A stretch of DNA of 64,000 bases from an uncultured Acidobacteriota bacterium. Lineage in GTDB: Bacteria > Acidobacteriota > Vicinamibacteria > Vicinamibacterales > UBA2999. Location: positions 2,886,638 through 2,950,637 of the forward strand of contig CAVPVV010000003.1 of assembly GCA_963709325.1 (NCBI GenBank). Direction: 5' to 3'. The notes beneath the pieces were generated by a model. The model had not been told where the DNA came from. It did not search any database and worked only from the letters and a program-made list of their open reading frames with translations. Shown here in pieces: positions 9,914 to 19,317 of the stretch (its first letter is position 1; each line of letters opens with the position of its first letter). Position numbers and translations under genes: made by a program.

Positions 9914-11173
9914 TCAAAACGGACGTCGGATTGTCTCCGCGTCGGCCTGCACACTCCCGACTAAACCGACGGTGCCGGAAGGGTCGGCCAGGCGCCCGAT
10001 AGCCGAGGCCGGGACTATATCGAAATGAAACCCGAAGCGTACGTTCAACGCGGTTAACAAGTCGCGCGCCCACAAACCGTTCCAGACAGTCCCTGCGTGG
10101 TTGTCGGCGAGAATCGCGTTTCGCGGATCGTCACCTCTGGTGTACTCGATGGCAATGGGACCGCCCAGCGACAAGCTTCGATACGCCGGACGGCCTTGTT
10201 CATCGCGGGCGCCCCAGACGTGTTTGAACCACGCCCGGTCGTCCCAGAAAAGGACGTTTCCATCCTGCCCCGACATTTCTCGAAGCCGCTCATCGTAGAC
10301 ATCCAACACCGCCGAGATGTTGTCGAGCTCGCGTCGGGACCGCCACTTTTCCAGCCACGGAACCAGATCGGCGTTATTGAGGACGCCGACCAGGACGATC
10401 CGGGTGGTACTGTGATGCCGCCGAATTTCGGTAACTGTACGCTCAACGTAGTTCGCACAGTCGATTGCCAGTTGCCGCGCATCGGGCGTAAGACCGCCGT
10501 TGGCAAACCGGTCGAGGACCACTTCTTTTCCCAGGTCGTTGATCCCGATACGGATCAACACGATTCCGTTCTGCCAGGCCTCAGGGTCTCCATCCATGAA
10601 GTACACCAATCGTTGGGCCTGACGTGACATGCCATCCAATAGGTTGTGACAACCGGCGCCCGAGACGGCAAAGTTGTACCGAAAGTCTTGTTTGCGAGGG
10701 GCCCGCCCTTCAAGGCCAACCCAGGTCAGAAGTTCAGCGACTGTTCCGCGATTCCCCCAGACGCCCCATGCGCCCATGTCGATTTGATGGGCGTTGAAGC
10801 GCTGGATGATCTCCGTCCACTGGTAGCTGACCGATCGGAATGCCCCACCGCGAAGTTCCGGCTCCGGGAGCAGGACTGAGTCGTGGAAGGAGTGAGAGTC
10901 GGAGTCGCCAAGTACTCCGAACTTGACGATGCTGGAGGAAACGGCCGGTGACCTGCTGCACGACTCCCCGAACATGGCCAACCCCCAGCTGCCGATGACC
11001 AGCGCGAGGACCCGCGGGAGAGAAGTCAATCCGTGCCAGTAACGTCGGCCTGGTTCCATGACGGCATGGTTTTTCCTCAAAACCGTGTCTGCAGGGCTGT
11101 GCTCCATCGGACCGTACGATCGACAACTCGACACTGATACCAAGCAAAGTCCGCACCCGAAACTGCCGGCCAA
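9914..11173 (-). CDS. SGNH/GDSL-family hydrolase with N-terminal membrane/signal segment
   Basis: 419-aa ORF. Block I FGVLGDSDSHSF, block III IRIGINDLG, C-terminal ADNHAG (DxxH-like), hydrophobic LPRVLALVIGSWGLAMF near the N-terminus. The ORF start at 11173 is a TTG; internal ATGs at 11107 or 11059 are equally possible true starts. Confidence 0.7.
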   Translation of the reverse strand: MAGSFGCGLCLVSVSSCRSYGPMEHSPADTVLRKNHAVMEPGRRYWHGLTSLPRVLALVIGSWGLAMFGESCSRSPAVSSSIVKFGVLGDSDSHSFHDSVLLPEPELRGGAFRSVSYQWTEIIQRFNAHQIDMGAWGVWGNRGTVAELLTWVGLEGRAPRKQDFRYNFAVSGAGCHNLLDGMSRQAQRLVYFMDGDPEAWQNGIVLIRIGINDLGKEVVLDRFANGGLTPDARQLAIDCANYVERTVTEIRRHHSTTRIVLVGVLNNADLVPWLEKWRSRRELDNISAVLDVYDERLREMSGQDGNVLFWDDRAWFKHVWGARDEQGRPAYRSLSLGGPIAIEYTRGDDPRNAILADNHAGTVWNGLWARDLLTALNVRFGFHFDIVPASAIGRLADPSGTVGLVGSVQADAETIRRPF

Positions 11174-11358
11174 AATGAGCTTCGCCTCGGAAAAGGCAAT
11201 TGATCCGGCGACTTCTGGTCGTCAAATTCGCAGATAATCTGGCACCAATAGTCAGAATTGCGGACTATTCAAGCGACAGTCCGAGTCGTTTCGCAGACTC
11301 GATCGGTTCGAATCTTGCACAGCAAGTGCATCCACCCTTCCCGTAGCGCGAGGTCACA

Positions 11359-12330
11359 ATGGGTTCTGGAGAAGTGGCACCGGTCAAAGCGGCACACGAA
11401 GGATCAGCGTTCGGGGCCGCGTACCCGACGCGAGACTGCTGCACAATCTCGCCGGCAGGAGAGCGCCCCTTCTCCACGCGCCGAATCGGCGCGCTCGAGC
11501 ATACGTTTCATCGGCACCCGTTGCTGCAACTCTCACCACTCGCGAACCTCGCCAGGGCCTTGTATCCGACGCGCCAGTGTCGATTCATGTCACCTGGGAC
11601 AACCCAGGGCTCTCCTTTCAGCCATGCTGACCACAGCTTCGACGGTAAATCGATCGACGATGTCTTCAACCGAATCGAGGAGCCTGGATCTTGGGTGGCT
11701 CTCTATAATGTGGAGACTCACCCGGACTACAAGGTTCTGTTGGATAACGTGATTCGTGAGGTGAGTCTTCTAGTCACCTCAGAGCAGCCCGGGATAACCA
11801 AAGTCGGCGGATTCATCTTCATCTCGGCGCCGCCGTCCGTGACACCGTTTCACATCGATCGTGAAAACAATTTCTGGCTTCAGATCGCCGGCCGGAAGAC
11901 CATCAACGTCTGGGATCACTGCGACCGAGACGTGGTGAGCGGAGGTGACGTCGAGGAGTTCATCCTGTCCGGATCTCTCGCTGGTGTCAGACTCGACGCC
12001 GACCACCGATCACGCAGCCAGGAGTTTGACGCAGGTCCCGGAGACGGGGTTTATTTCCCGAGCACGTCACCGCACATGACCCGCAGCAACAGTGACTGGG
12101 TGACCCCAGGAAACGGGGTTTCAATCTCAATGGGAGTTGTGTTCTACACTTCCGCAACTCGGCGCGACGCCTACGTGCATGCATTCAATCGCGTGTTGCG
12201 GAAGGCTCGACTGTCACCCCGAGAACCCGGCCGTTCGCAATGGCTCGATCGTGTCAAATATCCGCTCGGCCTCGCGACGATCTGGGGCCGAAGACGGCTG
12301 CGCGGCCATCAGCCGAACGCCAGTTTCTGA
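11359..12330 (+). CDS. Cupin-8/JmjC-like protein (probable Fe(II)/2-oxoglutarate oxygenase, aspartyl/asparaginyl beta-hydroxylase-like)
   Basis: 323-aa ORF divergent from the SGNH gene. Segment FHRHPLLQLSPLANLARAL ... GGFIFISAPPSVTPFHIDRENNFWLQIAGRKTINVW matches the cupin-8 pattern, including an HxD iron-ligand motif (FHIDRE). Family assignment is from memory, not a search. Confidence 0.6.
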   Translation: MGSGEVAPVKAAHEGSAFGAAYPTRDCCTISPAGERPFSTRRIGALEHTFHRHPLLQLSPLANLARALYPTRQCRFMSPGTTQGSPFSHADHSFDGKSIDDVFNRIEEPGSWVALYNVETHPDYKVLLDNVIREVSLLVTSEQPGITKVGGFIFISAPPSVTPFHIDRENNFWLQIAGRKTINVWDHCDRDVVSGGDVEEFILSGSLAGVRLDADHRSRSQEFDAGPGDGVYFPSTSPHMTRSNSDWVTPGNGVSISMGVVFYTSATRRDAYVHAFNRVLRKARLSPREPGRSQWLDRVKYPLGLATIWGRRRLRGHQPNASF

Positions 12331-12380
12331 TTCGCCAGTCAGCGCGCTCGAGTCGGTCATCCGGCGGGGGCAGAACCAGG

Positions 12381-13254
12381 ATGAGGTATTCAAGGATTCG
12401 GAGCATAGTCGACAAGCTCGAGCGAATACCGGTAATCCGCAGCCGTCGCCGAGCAGCCGTCGAGCGCCGCTTCGAAAACAACACAAACCAGAATCTGTTC
12501 CGAGGCGTGTACGAGTCGTTTACCGCAGCGTTGGCTTCAGCACCGACAACGCGTCCCCTCGGTTACGACAATCCTGAATCGGCTGACCTGTATCTTAATC
12601 GGCTGTGGGTGGACGATTACGATTACCCCTCCATCTTCTGGCTTGCGGACGGGATCACGAACGGGATGAGGAGGATAGCGGATCTCGGAGGTTCAGTGGG
12701 AATCAAATACTTGGCGTTCCGACGGATCACAAGATTCCCAGAGGACATCGCGTGGCGTGTCATCAGAGGTACCGGCGGTCGCCGATCGCGGTCGCCGGCT
12801 CGCTGCTGAAAGCGCGACTGCCAGTGTGCTGCAATTCTCGACCGACACCGACGCCGCCGATGGCTCAGACGTGCTCTTCGCGTCAGGTTCGTTGCAGTAC
12901 CTTCCTACGTCGTTGTCAGATATCCTGGCGCGTCTGAAACAGAAACCGCGACGGTTGATTGTCAATACCGTCCCGATTCATCCGACTGACAGCTTTTTCA
13001 CGCTGAACAGCATCGGCACGGCGTATTGCGCGTACCGGGTACAAGCTCGAGCCCCGTTCGTGACCTCGATAGAAGCGCAGGGCTATCGAATGCGCGATCA
13101 ATGGAGAAATCTCGGCAAGACCATGATCGTACCGTTCGCACCGTCACTGAGTCTTGATCACTATTCAGGTTTCTGCTTCGACCGGTTCGACGACGCTCTC
13201 GCTGCCGACAGGCCCACGCTGTTGAGCGGCTCTAAAACTGACAGTTGTCGGTGA
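12381..13254 (+). pseudogene. TIGR04325-like putative methyltransferase, interrupted by one frame change near 12760
   Basis: ATG at 12381. N-terminal part (ORF 12240..12809, frame 0): MRYSRIRSIVDKLERIPV...NLFRGVYESFTAALASAP..GYDNPESADLY...AWRVI. It continues in frame 1 (ORF 12757..13254): EVPAVADRGRRLAAE...LFASGSLQYLPTSLSDILARLKQKPRRLIVNTVPIH. Joined length of about 290 aa fits the family. The shift is equivalent to one extra base. Confidence 0.6.
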
Positions 13255-13264
13255 AAATCTGATA

Positions 13265-13289
13265 GCCGGCAGCGCGGTCAGGCTGCCGG
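13265..13289 (+). terminator. GC-rich hairpin downstream of the methyltransferase gene
   Basis: Perfect 9-bp stem gccggcagc (13265-13273) / gctgccggc (13281-13289) with a 7-nt loop, 11 nt after the stop at 13252-13254. No T-tract follows. Confidence 0.35.
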
Positions 13290-13389
13290 CTGCGAGCTCC
13301 TGGCCGGTGATTCCACCAGGATGCGTTCCCCACAAGCGGAAGCGCGATGTTCGAACGGAGACGCGGATGCTACTCAGGCATTACCTCGA

Positions 13390-13600
13390 GCTCGGTAAGA
13401 GCAACAGCGCCTGGCGCGAGGCCGCGCTACGCGCTGCTGGTCGTGCTCGGGTGCTCGCGGCTGTTGTGGCGTCGTTTCGCGCCGCGTCAAGATATGCGCA
13501 CGCTGCTCACCGCGCTCGAGGAGGCGTTCCTGGACGGGCCGCGTGAGATCGTGCTCCCCAACTTGCTCGAGTCGGACCTCGGGGCCGAGACCTCGGCTCG
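13390..13600 (+). mobile_element. Relic of an IS21-family (IstA-like, DDE/rve) transposase gene
   Basis: Frame of ORF 13347..13754 reads RYALLVVLGCSRLLWRRFAPRQDMRTLLTALEEAFLDGPREIVLPNLLES. This resembles the IstA core pattern (..V.VLGYSR..Y..F...Q....LL.CH..AF..FGGVPREILYDN.K). Only about 70 aa are recognisable. No start, no intact ORF and no inverted repeats were identified. Confidence 0.45.
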
Positions 13601-13648
13601 CGATTCGGGGGTGGCGAACCCGGTACGGCGGTGTCGGGGCGGGCTCGC

Positions 13649-14530
13649 TCATGCTCCGGAGTCGGAGACAGGGTGTTCGGTGAGGCGCTTTCGTCCTACG
13701 ATCACCCTAGCGGTACCGGCGGCATCGTACATCGCCACGACCGGCGCGTCGTAGTGGCGGGCGCGCCCAAAAAGAAGTGTCACTTGGCGGTCCTGGCCGG
13801 CACCAATCTCGAACAGTAGATGTCCGCCAGGCTTGAGGAACGGCACGGCGTCGCGCAAGACGCGTTGGAAAATCGAGACGCCGTAGGGCCCTCCGTCGAA
13901 CGCCTCGCGTGGCTCGTGCACCAACAGCTCGGCGCGTGCGTTCGATAGTTTGCCGGTCGAGATGTACGGGGGATTGCAGACCACGATATCGATCGTACCC
14001 TCGAGCCCTCGCTCGCCGAGTGGCTCGAACAAATCTCCTTGCAATACGGTGACTCGTCCGCCAAGCCGAAGGTGTTCGACGTTGGCGCGCGCTACCTCAA
14101 CCGCACCGTCGGTAAGGTCCGATGCCCACACCTGAAGCGTTGGATGATTTGCCGCCAGCGCACAGGCGAGATTTCCGGATCCACAGCACATATCGATGGC
14201 GCGCAGGCGGGTCGAGGAGTCGCAGGAGTTCAGCAACTCGAGCGAGGTGCGCGCCAGTAGCTCCGTCTCTTCCCGCGGAACGAGGGCGCCCGGCGCCACG
14301 ATGAGGTCCACACCCATGAACCGCGGTCCTTCCGGTGAGATAGGCGAGCGGGCGTCCCGGCGACGCGTTCGGCAGCCAACTCGAGAGCCCGTGAGGCAGA
14401 GGCCTCCGGCACCGACCTGGCGAATGGCGGCTTCCAGGAGGCGTATCGCTTCGTCGGTCGGGTCCGGCCATTCCGGCGGCGGCAAGGAGCCGCACGATTC
14501 GTCCACGGGGCCTTGCGGAGGGAGACTCAT
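13649..14530 (-). CDS. PrmC/HemK-like N5-glutamine-type SAM-dependent methyltransferase
   Basis: ATG 14530-14528 overlaps the TGA of the upstream ligase (ATGA). C-terminal 200 aa: DLIVAPGALVPREETELL, AIDMCCGSGNLACALA (SAM motif I), DIVVCNPPYI (NPPY motif). The frame is open throughout, but the conserved GRPLAYLTGR segment is readable only in other frames at ~14290-14410 (see findings). Confidence 0.7.
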   Translation of the reverse strand: MSLPPQGPVDESCGSLPPPEWPDPTDEAIRLLEAAIRQVGAGGLCLTGSRVGCRTRRRDARSPISPEGPRFMGVDLIVAPGALVPREETELLARTSLELLNSCDSSTRLRAIDMCCGSGNLACALAANHPTLQVWASDLTDGAVEVARANVEHLRLGGRVTVLQGDLFEPLGERGLEGTIDIVVCNPPYISTGKLSNARAELLVHEPREAFDGGPYGVSIFQRVLRDAVPFLKPGGHLLFEIGAGQDRQVTLLFGRARHYDAPVVAMYDAAGTARVIVGRKRLTEHPVSDSGA

Positions 14531-16091
14531 GACAGGCCGGTCTTCTTGATCTTTCCGGTCGTGGTCTTCGGCAGCTCGGCGATGATCTCGACGAACTTCG
14601 GCACCATGAAATTCTCGAGCCGCTTGCGCACATTCACCGAGAATGTCGCGTTCCGTCACGGTCGAGCCGGCATCGAGCACGACCAGTGCCTTCACCGCCT
14701 GTCCGAGGATATCGTCCGGGACACCGATCACCGCGACTTCCCTGACGCCCGGTGATGTTGACGATGACGCTCTCCACTTCTTTCGGCGCGACCTTCTCGC
14801 CACGCGACTTGATGATGTCGTCCATCCGTCCGACGAAATACAGGTAGCCTTCTTCGTCGAGCTTGCAGTAGTCACCGGTGTATAGCACCATCTCGCCCGG
14901 CAGCGGCCCGGGACGCAGTTTCCTGGCCGTTTCTTCGGGCTTCTCCCAGTAGCCGCGCATCACGGTGGCGCCTCGGATCACGAGCTGCCCGACTTCTCCT
15001 GGACCGACGCGCTCGTCTCTGCTCGTTGACGATCCAGAGCTCCGTGTTGGGAATCGGCACTCCGACCGAGAGCGGCTTGCGGTCGATGTCTTCGGGAGGC
15101 AGATAGGTGCAACGCTTGCACTCCGTCAGCCCATACATCGAAAAGACCTTGGCGCTTGGGAAACATCCGGCGAAGCATGTCGATGTGCTTGGTCGACAGC
15201 GCCGCCGCGGTGTTCGAGACGTAGCGAATCTTCGAAAAGTCGTACTGTTCGATATTTCGAAGGCCGCCGAGAATCGCGAAGATCGTCGGAACGCCCGGAA
15301 ACCCGGTGACCCCTTCGTCGACAACACGCCTTCAGGACTTCGGCCGGATAGGTGAACGAGCGCTCCAGGACGAGCCGTGCACCGACCCGGAAGGCCATGA
15401 TCATCTGATACAGCCCGTAGTCGAACGAGAGCGGCAGCAGGCCGACGATCACGTCGTCCTCTACGTTCTCGAGGTAGGTGCTTACCGACGTGGCCGCGGT
15501 CAGCATGTTGCGATGCGTCAGCATGACGCCCTTGGGATCGCCCGTGCTGCCCGACGTGTAGATGATCGACGCCAGATCGATGTCGATGCTTCGTCGCGGC
15601 GGCGGCGCTGCAACAGGGCCCTCGCCGAGCGCAGCTTCCCAACCGACGACCTCCGCTACCGCGCCGAGCCGCGACCAGCTCCATCGGACCGGACACGACC
15701 GCCGCCGACGAGATGTTCTGCCTTCTGCGACGGCGGGGACCAGCGTCGAAGCCAGGTGCGCGTCGCTGATGATCGCCCGGGCCCTGCAGTCGTTGAGCAG
15801 ATAGGCCAGCTTGTCCTCCTTGGTCTGTGGATTGACCATCGACACGACCGCATTGGCCTTCAGCACTGCCCAGAACGAGACGACGGCTGCAACCGTGTTG
15901 TCGGCAAAGACGACGACGCGGTCGCCGCGCCGCACGCCGCGTCGCACCAGCGCGTGGGCCAGGGCATTCGATTGGTGATTCAGCTCGGCGTAGGTGAGAC
16001 GCTGACCCTGACAGACCAGGGCCACCTTGTTCGGCAGGCGCTCCGCCGAGTGAATCAGGTAGTCGTGTAGCTGGGGGATACCGTTGTGCAT
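14527..16091 (-). pseudogene. Acyl-CoA ligase (AMP-forming), exosortase-system-associated type; at least 5 frame changes
   Basis: Recognisable pieces in successive frames. MHNGIPQLHDYLIHSAERLPNKVALV...IIYTSGSTGDPKGVMLTHRN...ERSFTYPAEVLK (frame 2). VVDEGVTGFPGVPTIFAILGG...STKHIDMLRRMFPK (frame 1). KVFSMYGLTECKRCTYLPPEDIDRKPLSVGVPIPNTELWIVNE (frame 0). DERVGPGEVGQLVIRGATVMRGYWEKPEETA...YTGDYCKLDEEGYLYFVGRMDDIIKSRGEKVAPKEVE (frame 2). VREVAVIGVPDDILGQAVKALVVL (frame 1). KRLENFMVPKFVEIIAELPKTTTGKIKKTGLS-stop (frame 0). Confidence 0.8.
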
Positions 16092-16094
16092 ATC

Positions 16095-16986
16095 GAGGAG
16101 ACACCGGAGAGGCGAGGTCGCGCGAGAGCGCGACAGCCGCGCCGTCCCGAGCACCTCGCGTGACCGTGCCGAACCGAAACTCGCGCAGCAGCCGGCGTAG
16201 CCGCGCCTCGGTCTTGTTCAGATTGTAGTAATGCCGTAGGCGCGACGCAGCGCCAACGCGGATTCGTGGCTGGTGCGGGTCAATCTCCCACGGATGAAGA
16301 TAGAAGATTGCCGGGCATTGCTCGGCGTCATTCAGAGCCTTCATCCCGCCTGCCTCGTCCAGTCGTAGGGCAGCAACCGAAAGTAACCGCCGCCGCCGAA
16401 CGGCAGATTGACACCCGCCCGTCGAATCGTGGACCCCGGAAGTTCCCAGATGCTGCCGTCCACCCGTTCGACGCATTCGATGTGCCTGGACCAGGCGGGA
16501 ATCCCGTATCGATCGTGGCGGATCGGATAGATGCTGCAATCGTACCTGTAGCCCTCGCTCACGAGCACGTCGAAGCGCCCAGAGCGATCGCTCGGTAATC
16601 GAGAAGCTCGGTGCTCTGATACCCGTAGATGCGCGATCGCCGGCCGCGTTTTCGATGGCCGACCTGGCGCGCCACAAATCGAGCGCGGAATGCCTCCGGC
16701 GTGCTGTCGTACACGAGGCCGTGCTCGTGGCTGTGCGACGCCAGTTCATGACCGGCGCGGTGAATGCGCTGCACGAGTTCGGGAAATCGTTCCGCGACCC
16801 ATCCCAAGACGAAAAACGTGGCATGGACGCCGGCGTGCTCGAAGATGCCAAGCAGCCTGTCGGTGTTCTGGCAGACCCGGCTCTCCATCGACTCCCACTC
16901 GGACCGACGTACACAACCTGGCGAACGCCGATACCTGAAAGTAGTCTTCCACGTCGACGGTAAGGGCGTTCAGGATCGTGGGTCAT
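16095..16986 (-). pseudogene. Polysaccharide deacetylase, PEP-CTERM-locus subfamily; multiple frame changes (3' boundary approximate)
   Basis: ATG at 16986. Pieces: ILNALTVDVEDYFQVSAFA; SMESRVCQNTDRLLGIFEHAGVHATFFVLGWVAERFPELVQRIHRAGHELASHSHEHG; IENAAGDR..GIRAPSFSITERSLWAL; VSEGYRYDCSIYPIRHDRYGIPAW...LPFGGGGYFRLLPY; KALNDAEQCPAIFYLHPWEIDPHQPRI...RHYYNLNKTEARLRRLLREFRFGTV. These lie in frames 0>2>1>0>2>0. Confidence 0.75.
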
Positions 16987-16988
16987 CA

Positions 16989-18397
16989 CTACGACCCGCT
17001 TCGCACGAGCACTGTCTTGACGGTCTCGATCACGATGAACAGGTCGAACGCGATCGACTGGTGCTTGATGTAGTAGAGGTCATACTGCAGCTTCTGAAGA
17101 GCATCGTCCACCGACGAACCGTAGCAATGCCGGACCTGTGCCCACCCGGTGACGCCGGGCCGGACGACGTGGCGCTGTCCGTAAAACGGGATCTGCGTGC
17201 TCAGATCCGGCCACGAACTCGGGTCGCTCCGGGCGTGGCCCGACGAAGCTCATCTCACCAATCAGGACGTTCCACAACTGCGGAATCTCGTCGAGCCGGG
17301 TCCGGCGCAAGAACCGTCCGACCTGCGTCACGCGCGGGTCGTCTGCGGTCGCCCAGACGGCGCCACTGACAGCCTCGGCGTCCACCCGCATCGATCGAAA
17401 CTTGTGAATGGTGAAGGTCGTCGCCGTCCTTGCCGACCCGGCGCTGGCTGTAGAGGATCGGACCTGGTGAGGTGGCTCGAAGTGCCACGAGCCACGAGCC
17501 ACCATGACCGGGGCGGCGAGGATCAAGCCGATCGAGGCCAGCACGACGTCGAAAGCGCGCTTGACCGCCTGCCTGCGTCGCGCTCTTGCGGAATCCTTCT
17601 GAAAAAATCATCCAGCTCGGTCGCAGGTTCTCGACGGCGATCTTCCCGGTGTACTGCTCATAAACGGAGGCAAGATGGTCGAACCGCACACCCTGATTCA
17701 GCCTCATGTCGAGCAGCTCGTCCATGTTCAGTTTGCCCCGCGCATCGGCAAGGCTCACGACGACGCGATCGACCCGCCGGTGACGGACGATGCCCGGAAT
17801 GTCGCTGATGGTACCGATCACGCCGGGGATTGATCACCGGAGTGCCGACCAGGGCGGGGTCGGCATCGACGAACCCGACGATCTCGGCACCGAGCTCCGC
17901 TGCGGCGTTCGAAGATTTCCCGGGCCAGCGCTCACCGCCGCCTGACCGGTTCCGACGATCAGAAGGCGCTCTCGTCGGGCCGACCGCGAATGGACCACCA
18001 CTCGAACGTCAACCGCCATCCGGCAATGAGACCGATGATCGGAAGGGATGCGATGGCGACAACCCCGCGGCCGATGACAAGGGCCGGGATCAGATAATAC
18101 AGAAGGGCTAAAATCACCGATGCTGCCCCAAGTGCCCGCAGCAGCCCAGTGAAGAGGTCGCGGCGCTCGGACAGCGCACGCAGGTCGTAGAGATCGCAAT
18201 AATGTAGGCAGACCTGCAGCACCACCGCGACCAACATGGCGCGCCCGACCAGCTCGGTCACGGCCACTGCTGGCGTGTCGCGGCATGCTGAGGCTGACCA
18301 CGGCCGCGCCGAGCACGGCCACGACGATCAACCCGTGCTCGACGAGCACCAGGGCAATCCACCGTCCGTTGAGGTTGCCAGCCAACGGCCCTTGCAT
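16989..18397 (-). pseudogene. Polyprenyl-phosphate glycosyl-phosphotransferase (bacterial sugar transferase, PEP-CTERM-system EpsB-like); multiple frame changes
   Basis: Pieces: MQGPLAGNLNGRWIALVLVEHGLIVVAVLG; AVTELVGRAMLVAVVLQVCLHYCDLYD...; RLLIVGTGQAAVS; LAREIFERRSGA; ELGAEIVGFVDADPALVGTPVINP; VIGTISDIPGIVRHRRVDRVVVSLAD...; [14 protein letters not shown]; [16 protein letters not shown]; [15 protein letters not shown]...[29 protein letters not shown]; [20 protein letters not shown]...[31 protein letters not shown]-stop (TAG at 16989-16991). One shift sits in a G4 run at 17825-17828 where CCC GGC is expected. Confidence 0.8.
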
Positions 18398-19307
18398 CAG
18401 AGCCTCTTGCTCTTCGGGTCGGGGACTGCCGTAATAGCCGTAATATGCGATTTCGTCTTCGCGAGCGACGCCGTTGAGCACCACGCCCGAGGATCCGATC
18501 TCGCCCGAGGCCGTCGATTGCCCTCTGGACGGCGCTGAATTGTGTTTTCCCGGCGTGAACGACGAACAGCGTGCCGCCGACCATCTCCGTGAGCAGGTGC
18601 GGCATCGGCGGTGGCTCCTACAGGAGGGGAGTCGAGGATCACCCAATCGAACCGAGTGATGGCCTCGCTCAGAATCTGCCGCATGCGCGGAGACGTACAG
18701 GGCCTCGAGTGAATTGGCGATCGGCTGCCCGGCCGGCAGCAACGTCAGACGGGGCGAGAGATTGATGAGCGCGAGCCTCTGTTCCGTCGTAGCCACAAGC
18801 GCGTCACTGAGCCCGCAGCCCGCAGTCGGATCGATGACACTCGGGGATGGACGGACGTCGAAGATCAGCATCCACGAGCAGCACGCGGGCGCGATACGAT
18901 TCAGCCAGCACGAAGGCGACGTTGATGGCGGTGAGGGTCTTGCCGTCGCCAGGCATCGCGCTGGTCACCATCACACTGCGTAACCCGTTCGCGGCTTGGG
19001 CATGATGGAGCACACCGGCCAGTCGGCGGAACTGTTCGACCAACGCCGGGTCCCCCTCCGAGCCGCTCGCCAGACACTCCCGCCACTTGGAGGAAAAACC
19101 CTGCACGCCGGCACTAGCCACCATCGGACCGGCGTCCGGTAGCAGTGCGAGTTTTCGAGCGGCGGATGGTGCGGGCTCCTCCTCTGGCCGGTCCGGCCCG
19201 TTCTCGGGCCATGCCGACGTAAAGTGCCGCTGCCCGTCCGGGCTGGATTCTCCCGCCTTCCGGCCGACCTCGTCGACGCGTCGTAGCGCTTCGTGGATTC
19301 GACTCAC
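18397..19307 (-). pseudogene. Exopolysaccharide-locus P-loop ATPase / BY-type tyrosine autokinase-like protein; about 4 frame changes
   Basis: GTG at 19307. Pieces: MSRIHEALRR...SVMVTSAMPGDGKTLTAINVAFVLAESYRARVLLVDADLRRPS (Walker A and A'); VIDPTAGCGLSDALV...LTLLPAGQPIANSLEAL; MRQILSEAITRFDWVILDSPPVG (Walker B); LLTEMVGGTLFVVHAGKTQFSAVQRAIDGLGRDRILG; VVLNGVAREDEIAYYGYYGSP (Tyr cluster). Frames run 2>1>0>2>1. Confidence 0.8.
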
Positions 19308-19317
19308 ACGTTCTCCA

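Noticed and set aside
14872-16989. 705-aa minus-strand ORF spanning the ligase and deacetylase regions
   Set aside because: It is a chimera. Only short stretches (e.g. KVFSMYGLTECKRCTYLPPEDIDRK, MKALNDAEQCPAIFYLHPWEIDP) are real protein sequence. The rest is Arg/Ser/Gly-rich out-of-frame read-through of two different frameshifted genes.
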